From a virus (Duplodnaviria > Caudoviricetes), in IMG/VR virus record IMGVR_UViG_3300032237_000716, positions 1 to 42,564 of that record: a stretch of DNA of 42,564 bases. One strand, written 5' to 3'. Positions within the stretch are counted from its first letter, which is position 1. Each line of letters starts with the position of its first letter. Positions 25,092-33,315 of this stretch are shown here, piece by piece. A program made the translations under genes and the position numbers. Under the pieces are notes generated by a model, which did not search any database, was not told where the DNA came from, and saw only the letters and a list, made by a program, of their open reading frames with translations.

Positions 25092-27241
25092 CTCATTGCC
25101 TCCTGCGCCACCACATCCACACCAACGTCGGCAGATGTTGCGGCGGGTGTTGTAACGGCAATGGTGATGATGTCGGGCTGATTGCCTTTGATGTTCGTGT
25201 AAAGCGCAAACTGGTTGCTGAGGTCAAGACCAAGCAATCCAGATCCACCCGCTGGGGCGGTGAAGCGGTTGACGACTTCACCGCCACTCATGGCGGTGGC
25301 AGAAACGTCACGCTCAGCAAGTGAATTGGGTGACCCAAGGCCAGCCAATGCGGCAAAGCCGCTTCCAGTCAGAACAATTGGATTGGTGGTCTGAGATTGG
25401 ATGACCTCGATCTGGCACAAGGCCGAAGCGTTCAGCAGCAAGCCACGCGGCAGGATCTGGCCACGGTTGATTAGTCCAATCGTGTAATTCTGGCCAGCCA
25501 CCGGCGCCGCTGTCATCGCTCCGCCAGTAACAATGTCAGCAATCGTCAGCGTACTTGTGGTGTTGCTGGTGATTCTTGCCGTGTAAGTGACTCCACCATT
25601 CACGTAGGCCACGTATCGGCCCGCCCACTGGTTGGCGGTCCAAGGAGTTCCCGTGGCGGTCAAGCTGGTGGTGGTTCCGGCCGTGATGGCAGAGGAGGCC
25701 TGGGTGTACTCAAGGGTTCCCATTACTCTGTTGCGGAAACTCATCAATGGGTAGCGCACTGAGTTGGCAGGAACCGTGCGACGTGGCGTCTGGGGCGCCA
25801 TGCCATAGCCGTAGGTGAATCCTCGCTGGTCATCTTGGCCGCCCTCAGTAATAACTGAAACGCCCCAATGAACCATATCTGTAATAGAGCCAACTGCAGT
25901 GACGTTTCGGACCTCATAACGCACCGGCAAGTTGCCTGTGCGGCACCATGGGGTTACGTTTGACGGCAGACTGCCTGGGCTGTGTTCGTGCACAATCAAG
26001 TCAATGCCGTTGATTGTAATGCCAAACCTTACCGAACCACCGCCATACCAAGCATATTCGACAAAAAACATCAAAAGGTTGTTCCAGTTGATCCCCGCAA
26101 TTCGCGCAGCATCGCCGCTCCATGACGTTAGAGGGATCCTTGTTTCATTGATAGAACCATTAACATCTGAGCGAATCACTGCTGCCATGCCGTAAGGATT
26201 TGTGCCTACAGCGTTTGCAGAAGTCATCACTCTATTGGCAGTTCCGGTAATGCTTACTGCTGCCAGCTGTCGGATTTCGTTAGACCAGCAGACGCTGGCC
26301 CAGCTGTTATCGGCCGCTGACAGCCTTGCTTGCCAGTTAATTCCATCAGGGCTTGTCATCGCCCGATTGCCGACGCCAGTGGCAGAAACGGAAACGAACA
26401 GGCCAAGGGCTTGGGCCCAGCAAGCTGAAGCCCAATCGTTGTCGGCTGCAGAGGTGCGGATCGTCCAGCTGATGCCGTCGGGACTGGTTTGGACCCGGTT
26501 GCCGGTGCCGCTGTTGGCCACGGCGACGAAAAGGCCAAGAGGGTAGCCCCAGGTCACGGCGGTACAGTTGTTGTCGGCCGCAGAAGTGCGGACCGTCCAG
26601 CCGATGCCGTTGGCGCTGGTCATCACCCTGTTGCCGGTGCCGGAACTCGCCACGGCAACAAGCAGACGCAGCTCAGGGGACCAGGCGATCGACTGCCAGT
26701 TGTTGTCGGCCGCAGAGGTTCGAGCCGTCCAGCCGATGCCGTCGGCGCTGGTTTGGACCCGGTTGCCGGTGCCGCTGTCTGCGACGGCTACAAACAAGTG
26801 AAGCTCGGTCGCATAGCAAATGCTTCACCACTGGTTATCGACTGCCGATACCCTTGCCGACCATGCGTTCGTTATGGACCCGTTCTGTTCGATAAATGCC
26901 CCGTTGGCATCGTCAAAAAAGCCAAATCGCTGAATCTGCCCAGGGAGCGCAGCGCCAAAAGCGACCGCACCAGTGCATCGCTGGTCCTTGCCAGGCTGAT
27001 AGCGGTGGTAGGGGCGTGACTGCCGAATGGCAATGTCACCAGCTGCCAATCCTGCCCGCATTCTCACCCCACCCAGCTGCGGCTGGTGAGTGATGGTGGC
27101 GCCGCCGACCGCCAGGCTTTCCCACCTGGCTGGCTGTGGGCCGTACTCAAAGTCTGCGTCGTATGAGCTCTGGTGCCAAGTTGTTTTCAGCCGCCCAAAG
27201 ACATCAAGGTGATGGGGGTCGAAAGTGACAGGGGAGCCCAT
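25088..27241 (-). pseudogene. Virion fibre/receptor-binding-like gene (718 codons) interrupted by one in-frame TGA at 26825-26827; pseudogene, readthrough or sequence error
   Basis: ORFs 26825-27241 and 25088-26797 share a frame. The sequence reads DNQW*SICYATELHLFVAV and aligns with the downstream repeats (DNNWQSIAWSPELRLLVAV). Confidence 0.75.
26204..26863 (-). repeat. Five 132-nt (44-aa) Asp-box/BNR-type coding repeats
   Basis: W..R.SAADN.W.S..W...L.LFVAV..SGTGNRV.TS.DGI, five copies. Confidence 0.9.
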
Positions 27242-27296
27242 GTGTGCGCGACAAACTGCCCCTATGCTACGGGAGTGGAGAGCAATCGGCCAAGAG

Positions 27297-27491
27297 TCAG
27301 CTTTTGGCCAGCTTGGTGATGATGCCAGCCAATATCTCCAGCGCACGGTAGCCCTTCACCAGTGCTCGATCAAAAGTGTCGAGGGCCGCGTCGTCCTTGG
27401 GCGTGGGGGTGAGGTTCACGATCACCACGGCAACGGCATGCGCTGCAGCGCCTGCCATCACCCAATGCTCAAGGCTGTGGTCGGAAATCAT
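27297..27491 (-). CDS. Holin-like small membrane protein
   Basis: Hydrophobic helix followed by LTPTPKDD. Confidence 0.55.
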   Translation of the reverse strand: MISDHSLEHWVMAGAAAHAVAVVIVNLTPTPKDDAALDTFDRALVKGYRALEILAGIITKLAKS

Positions 27492-27742
27492 GATTCTTGC
27501 CTCCCTTCCAATGCTGAAATGCGAGTTTCGTGGTTGTTGCAGCGATCCCACAGGCGATCGATGGAGGCGTCAAGGCGCCCCATGGTTTTGTCCAGGTGAT
27601 TGATGCTCTGCGTCAACAGGGCCAGCGCCGTGGCCTGCTGCGTGTCTGCGCTTGATCGAGCATGCACCCATCGGTCCAGCTTGCCGAGCATCCAGCCGGC
27701 CCCAAGGACCGCCATGCCGCTGATGGGCTCGGGGAGTGGCAT
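27488..27742 (-). CDS. Small membrane-anchored coiled-coil protein, possibly lysis-related
   Basis: Hydrophobic N-terminus; NNHETRISALEG C-terminus. Confidence 0.6.
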   Translation of the reverse strand: MPLPEPISGMAVLGAGWMLGKLDRWVHARSSADTQQATALALLTQSINHLDKTMGRLDASIDRLWDRCNNHETRISALEGRQES

Positions 27743-27815
27743 GGTGGCCTGATGTGCGATGCGGCAATTCTACAGGGGTGGAACATGGCCGCAAGTTGTC
27801 AGGGGCCAGCCGCGA

Positions 27816-28253
27816 TCAGGGAATGGCAAACGTAGAGTCAAGGTTGGCGGATTTAATGTAGCCGCGCAAAAGGGCTTTTTGGCTTTCGCTGATAACAGAA
27901 GGCTGTAAAATGTTAAAAATACAAGCCTGAAGGGCTGGCACGTTTGGCCTTCCGGCTTTTGCGTCGCCGATGGCTGCAATGAACTCGACACACGCAAGTG
28001 TTAGAGGCAGTGAGTTTACTGCTGCCGCCCTGATCAGTTGATAGACGCTGCTACCAAGGATGCTGTCGTATAGGAGCTGGTAGTCAGGCTGCGGGGGGGG
28101 TGTGGGGTCCGCAGGTCGCGGCGTGTTGCCAGCATTAAGCCAGGCTTGATACTTTTGCCATTCGGGGGTACCGTTATTTCTGTCAGGAAGAAACATAACA
28201 CTGCCGTTTTCAAGAGGCAGCCTGATTGTATTGCTGGTGGTGAGTTGATACAT
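27816..28253 (-). CDS. Tail fibre-associated/assembly protein
   Basis: MYQLT...WQKYQAWLNAGNTPRPAD; directly downstream of the tail fibre gene. Confidence 0.65.
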   Translation of the reverse strand: MYQLTTSNTIRLPLENGSVMFLPDRNNGTPEWQKYQAWLNAGNTPRPADPTPPPQPDYQLLYDSILGSSVYQLIRAAAVNSLPLTLACVEFIAAIGDAKAGRPNVPALQACIFNILQPSVISESQKALLRGYIKSANLDSTFAIP

Positions 28254-28259
28254 GGTTGG

Positions 28260-29825
28260 TTAAAAGCGGGCTGAGGCGGTCCAGGCTGAAGTATAAAAAC
28301 CATTACCCGGAGCTGTCAATGTTCCTTCCATAATCATTGCATCTGAGTTTACTCCGCTGATGCTTGCCGTGGCAACGTTGTATGGACTACTGTTGGCCTG
28401 CGTCATTGTGGGGGTGGTTCGCATGGAAACCTTTAGGGGTACATGCAGCGAATAGGCCCAGCCAGTTGTCCCATATACATTAAAACTGGAAGTGCCTCGC
28501 TGATAGTACCTCTGACACCGCATCAACGTAAACTCAAGAGGCGGCCGCTCAAACGGAGTCGCGGCAGCCCCGATCTCGATTTGTACCTGGGCAATATCAA
28601 AGGTGCCGGATTGCTGTCCGAGGCTGCCATTGCGGGCGTTATAGGTGGAACCACCGTCAAACCAAATGTTCAAGACAATATAATCATCGTTATTGGTGCC
28701 CAATACTTTGCCACTAATCGAAGGCACTGTTGCAGTGACAACCACCTTTTGCCAGCTAGTGCCAATGGATACTTTGGTGGTGCCAATGCCACTTACTTCT
28801 GCGCTAAATGATCCACCTGTGCCGAAAAACTGTGCCAGCTCCACGGCAATGCTGCGGGCAGCATCGGCCTTAGCCCAAAAGCTGACCGTTACCTGTTGAC
28901 CTGCGAAGGTGCGGACATCTTCAATGCGCTGCGCCATTACCGAATAATTGCCTGCCCCGACAACCGAGCTGACGACCGTGCGGCAGAAGAACTCCGGCTC
29001 GCCCGGCACATCAGCCTGTCCCAGTGTGAATGCCTGACGCGTAACAGTGTGGGTACTGCCGGCACGGTTGGCACACCACTGGTCCGCTGCATAGCCGTTA
29101 CCTGTAAAGGTGGTCCCGTCCTGCCAGACGTCGAAGTTGCCGTTAATGATGCGGTTGCGGAGGCCAGTATTAGTGAGGTAGCGGCCATCGGGATCCACCG
29201 GGAAATAGTCCACCCAGTTCCAGGATGCGGCGGTAGGGGTGCCATAGATGAGCCTGGCCTTCACATCCGTGCCACCGACAAAGCCGGCGGGCTTGCCTGA
29301 CAGCGGGCTAAACGATCCCAGACCGGCGGTGTTGATGATCTCGATCCGCTGGCTTGCTGTCGGCGATGCCGGGATATTCGCCACAGCAGCGATGGGCTGA
29401 TACGGCAGCGCTGCTGCCACGGCGGCAAGAGCAGCATTTGCCGCCGCTGCCGCCGTCGTTGCCGTGGTCACCGCAGATGCCGTGATGTCAGCCTGCTCCT
29501 GGATCACGTAGAGCGATTGCAGGTCGGCCGTGTTGAGGTCGGCCTGCGTGGGAGGGGAGCCTGGAGCCCAGACCACCAGCTGCGAGCCGTTTGGCGTCTT
29601 GCGGATGACTGTGAGCGTTGCCCCTACGGCCGGCGCAACGGTGGTTTGGATCTGGGTGTTGGAGAGCCAAGAGAATCCGGCGCCTTCCGCCAGTTCTGTC
29701 CCTGTCCCCGCGGCAGCGTCGTAGCCCAAATAAACCTTGACGTGGGCTCGCAGGATGAAAGGGAAGCCGACCGAAAACAGGCGATTCGTGCCGTTGCCCG
29801 GGGTCTGGGTGTAGGCGTAGGCCAA
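28260..29825 (-). CDS. Tail fibre protein (T7 gp17-like N-terminal adaptor)
   Basis: GNGTNRLFSVGFPFI...VKVY...IRKTP...DLN..Q.LYVIQE adaptor; C-terminal RNRIINGNFDVWQ domain. Confidence 0.9.
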   Translation of the reverse strand: MAYAYTQTPGNGTNRLFSVGFPFILRAHVKVYLGYDAAAGTGTELAEGAGFSWLSNTQIQTTVAPAVGATLTVIRKTPNGSQLVVWAPGSPPTQADLNTADLQSLYVIQEQADITASAVTTATTAAAAANAALAAVAAALPYQPIAAVANIPASPTASQRIEIINTAGLGSFSPLSGKPAGFVGGTDVKARLIYGTPTAASWNWVDYFPVDPDGRYLTNTGLRNRIINGNFDVWQDGTTFTGNGYAADQWCANRAGSTHTVTRQAFTLGQADVPGEPEFFCRTVVSSVVGAGNYSVMAQRIEDVRTFAGQQVTVSFWAKADAARSIAVELAQFFGTGGSFSAEVSGIGTTKVSIGTSWQKVVVTATVPSISGKVLGTNNDDYIVLNIWFDGGSTYNARNGSLGQQSGTFDIAQVQIEIGAAATPFERPPLEFTLMRCQRYYQRGTSSFNVYGTTGWAYSLHVPLKVSMRTTPTMTQANSSPYNVATASISGVNSDAMIMEGTLTAPGNGFYTSAWTASARF

Positions 29826-29883
29826 GGCAAACTCTGCAGCCGTGTATCACCCCATTGTGGGGCCGCCGCCGCCGGCTACAAGG

Positions 29884-32800
29884 TCACTGGGAGCCGGGCA
29901 CCAGGGCCCTGGTGACGGCGCGAAACTCGTTGTTGGCCTCTGGGATGTTGTTGGCGTATTGCTGCGCGGCCAGGCCCTGCCACTCCTTCGCCCAGGGGGT
30001 GTCGCTGGCCTGCAGCTGCCCGGTGGCGCGAAGGTCGTAGTAGGTGCTGATCTCCCGGATCACCCATGGCCCCGGCATCTGCTGGCGTGCTGCCGGCGGC
30101 CGGTCCTTCACCTCGCGGTTCGAGGAGGTGGCCGGATCGGCCTGCAGCGCCCGGTACTCGGGCGAGCGGAAGAGCCAGTTGTAGGCCTCGTAGATGGTGC
30201 GGCCCTTGATCGCCTGCGCCACCAGGTTGTGCAGCGGCGTTTCGAGCATGCCCTGATCCTTCGCCGCGACCTTCTCGCCGTTGTCCCGCTTCAGTACTTG
30301 GGCGCGGATCGTCATGATGCTGAACTCTCCCGATCGGCCATGGAGGTCGTTGAGCAGGTCGTAGTCGCTGCCGCCCTTGGTGCTGTAGCGGTAGCGGTTC
30401 CACTCCTTTTGGGCTTCTGGAGCCAAGGGGACGCCGTTGAGGCGGCCGGTCAGCAGCGGCGGCGGGGGGTCAAGGAGGTCTTGCCTTGCCAGCTCCTGAT
30501 GCACCGGGCTGGTGTAGTAACCGGGCATCCCGATCGGGTGGTCCTCCTGTCGCATCCCATCGGACAGGTGAATGTCGCAGCCCAGGTGGTCCTTGTCCCG
30601 ATAGGCCACGCCAGCCACGCGGCCCAGGGCCGGCTGCAGGGTGACCAGCAGGTTGCGCAGTCCGTCCTCGGTGTAGCGGATTCCCTCGGGCAGGTTGCGC
30701 ATCAGGTCGCGGTCGGCCGCGGTGATCTCGGGGTAGCGGTAGAAGTCCTTGCCGCCACTTTCGCCAATGCGCTCAGCGGTGCGGACCAGTCCCCCGACGG
30801 GGTTCCCCTGGCTTGATGCCACCCAGCCGAGGAACCGCTTCCATTTCGATTCGTCGTTGCTCTGCAGCACCTGCAGGAACTGCTGCAGGAACTGCAGGGG
30901 GGTGGCCCTCACGATGGCGCCGGTCATCACCTGACCAATCCCAGAAGCGATCGTCGCCTTGTCGTAATGGCTGGCGCCGGCCGCATCCGCCGCATCGTGC
31001 AAGTCCTTCCACAGCATCAGCGTGTTCAGCAGCGGCACCTGGCCCAACGGGATCGGGAGGCCGAAGACAGTGTTGGGGACGTTCCCTTGAGCCAGCCATT
31101 CCCGCCGCTGCTTGGGGTCCTGCGGGCCGTTGCCGGTGAGCTTCGCCCACGGGTTATCGAGCGCCAGGAAACCGGCTCCCAGGAAGGCTTGCAGCACCCA
31201 GGCGCTTTCCACTTGGGCGATCTGCGCCGCAGTGGGGCTGGCGCCGTGCAGGTGCTGAGTCAACAGCTTGGCCGTCTTGAGCCCCGCTCCCAACGGGCCC
31301 ATGGCCGTGTCCAGCAAGAAGGCAATGCTGTTGGTGGGGACTCGGGGAAACGGGAACGCGGTGGAGTCCATGATCCAGCTGGCCTTCTGTGCTCGTTTCT
31401 GGATGTCGTAGAGAGCGCCGGCCACGCCCTCCGGGTCGTTTTGCATCCGCATCGCCTGGGCATAGTCCCAGGCCCCCTGCTGCATGTCGTTGGCTATAAC
31501 GGGGGTGCCGGGAATCCACCTCTGCGCCATGTAGGCCCGCAGGTCTTCGTCGCTGGCCAGGTCCTTGGTGATGCTGTGCTTGCGGCGGAAGTCGATCAGG
31601 TTCTGCTCGCTCGGGATCTCCTGATAGATCGCGTCCTCGAGCCGCTTGTCCACGTAGGCCTTCAGCCTGGCCTGATCGGTCACGCCGGTCTGCGCATCCA
31701 CCAGGCCCAGCTGGATGCCGTTGCGCTTGGCATCCAGCAGCAGATCGTTGTGGAGCTTGAACCGGTACATCCGGGCCCCCACCACGTTGTCATCCACCGA
31801 CAGCATCCTGAAACCAGGTGTCACCGGGAAGTTGGTGACGCCGGGGAGCTTCTCGGCCAGTGATTTCTGGGTCAGCTTCCAGGCCACATGGAGCTTGTCG
31901 CGGATGTCGCGGATGAGCCCTTCGTCCCCGAACGGGTTCTTGTCGGCACTGGCCCACAGCCGGGGATCCCAGTTGATCGGCTTTTGCAGCACCTCCCGCG
32001 CCTGCTGCAGCTCGTGCTCTGGCGAGAGCGGCCGGCCGTGCATGTCCACGTCGTTGGCAAACGGCGTATTCCCATCCAGGAACCGCTCCCAGTAGAGCTC
32101 CCTGAAGCCCAGCCGCATGGCCTTCTGTGTGGTCCAGAACGTCTCCCATGCGATCTGGTAGCCCTCCAGTCGATCGTGCCAGGCAGTGCGGAACACCTTG
32201 GTGCCGAATGGGGCCATCAGCGGCCCGTTCTCCGCTGCCACCTTGGCCAGGCCATGGATCTCCATCACCCGGTTGGGAATGGCGCTGCTGAAGATCGGCG
32301 TGAAACCGTTGAACAGCCAGGTGTCCTTCACGTAGCCCAGATCACGGCGGGCAGCCGGCGATGTCCACTTCTCGTCAAGCATGCCGAGGGGGTCCATCCC
32401 GGCAATCTGGATGTCGAGCTCCAGCTGCTTCAGTCCTTCCACGCCATCGGGGCCTCGATCCACCAGGCTGACCACTTTCCCGAAGATCGAGTCGTCGCTG
32501 TAGTCGGCGATCTCCTGTTTGGTGGGGATCGGGTTCTCCTCGGTGCCAGGGCGGACGATCAGGTCTTGCTCAGGGATCCGCAGCTGATCGGCGAAGTCCC
32601 CCGGGACCTTCTTGATGCTTTGCAGTGCCTGGCCCAGTCGGCGGCGGTTCAGGGCCCAGTTGCGCTGGCCCAGCAGCGCCTTCTCGTAGCTGGTGGCGAA
32701 CTTGCGGCCCAGCTCCACCGGTGCCGGCACCCCGGCCTCTTCCATGAAGGCCCGGATCGAGCGGATGTCGGCCAGCATGTTCTGCATGGTGAGGTCCGCG

Positions 32801-33315
32801 ATCACCCGGTTGCGGGTGGTGGCCTCCAGGATGTTCTGCACTGACAGCATGTTCTGGGCGGCGAACTGCACCAGCTCGTCGTAATCGAGGCCAGCAGCAG
32901 GGAAGGCCGCCGAGGCCATGTCCGCGAACTGCTCGGGGCTCACAGCCGATGTGACAAAGACGTGGTCGCCGGGGGCCTTGGTGGCCCAGTCGCCCAGCAG
33001 CACCTCAGCCGCGGCGCCCATCTCTTCGGCGGGCAACTGATCAAACCAGTCCGCCAGCTGCGCGAAGTTCTGAAAGCGCCCATCGGCCCCCATCGGCGTC
33101 TCGCGCTCCCCCAGCGATCGGCGCACCAGCTGCCGAATCGAGTCGGAATCCATCGCCCCCAGGAAGCGCCGCAGCACCTGCGTGGCCGGGTCGCCGGTTT
33201 GCTCGTTCGACAGGGCCCTGGACACCCGCTCGGTGTGATCCAGATCGGCCCGTTGCTTGGCCAGCCGTTGCTTCAGCTCGGCAATCTGCCGGAGCAGGTC
33301 GTCGCAGTTGCTCAT
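29884..33315 (-). CDS. Large internal virion (ejection) protein, gp16-position
   Basis: 1143 aa; FPFPRVPTN and LTGNGP..PKQRREW...G motifs; precedes the tail fibre gene. Confidence 0.75.
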   Translation of the reverse strand: MSNCDDLLRQIAELKQRLAKQRADLDHTERVSRALSNEQTGDPATQVLRRFLGAMDSDSIRQLVRRSLGERETPMGADGRFQNFAQLADWFDQLPAEEMGAAAEVLLGDWATKAPGDHVFVTSAVSPEQFADMASAAFPAAGLDYDELVQFAAQNMLSVQNILEATTRNRVIADLTMQNMLADIRSIRAFMEEAGVPAPVELGRKFATSYEKALLGQRNWALNRRRLGQALQSIKKVPGDFADQLRIPEQDLIVRPGTEENPIPTKQEIADYSDDSIFGKVVSLVDRGPDGVEGLKQLELDIQIAGMDPLGMLDEKWTSPAARRDLGYVKDTWLFNGFTPIFSSAIPNRVMEIHGLAKVAAENGPLMAPFGTKVFRTAWHDRLEGYQIAWETFWTTQKAMRLGFRELYWERFLDGNTPFANDVDMHGRPLSPEHELQQAREVLQKPINWDPRLWASADKNPFGDEGLIRDIRDKLHVAWKLTQKSLAEKLPGVTNFPVTPGFRMLSVDDNVVGARMYRFKLHNDLLLDAKRNGIQLGLVDAQTGVTDQARLKAYVDKRLEDAIYQEIPSEQNLIDFRRKHSITKDLASDEDLRAYMAQRWIPGTPVIANDMQQGAWDYAQAMRMQNDPEGVAGALYDIQKRAQKASWIMDSTAFPFPRVPTNSIAFLLDTAMGPLGAGLKTAKLLTQHLHGASPTAAQIAQVESAWVLQAFLGAGFLALDNPWAKLTGNGPQDPKQRREWLAQGNVPNTVFGLPIPLGQVPLLNTLMLWKDLHDAADAAGASHYDKATIASGIGQVMTGAIVRATPLQFLQQFLQVLQSNDESKWKRFLGWVASSQGNPVGGLVRTAERIGESGGKDFYRYPEITAADRDLMRNLPEGIRYTEDGLRNLLVTLQPALGRVAGVAYRDKDHLGCDIHLSDGMRQEDHPIGMPGYYTSPVHQELARQDLLDPPPPLLTGRLNGVPLAPEAQKEWNRYRYSTKGGSDYDLLNDLHGRSGEFSIMTIRAQVLKRDNGEKVAAKDQGMLETPLHNLVAQAIKGRTIYEAYNWLFRSPEYRALQADPATSSNREVKDRPPAARQQMPGPWVIREISTYYDLRATGQLQASDTPWAKEWQGLAAQQYANNIPEANNEFRAVTRALVPGSQ

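Noticed and set aside
26825-26827. Genome-wide TGA reassignment or selenocysteine
   Set aside because: TGA terminates many well-defined genes (for example int, ssb and tail tube A); the aligned repeat position is not Trp or Cys; no suppressor tRNA is present
26204-26863. Diversity-generating retroelement TR/VR pair
   Set aside because: No reverse transcriptase is recognisable, and the repeats are tandem coding units
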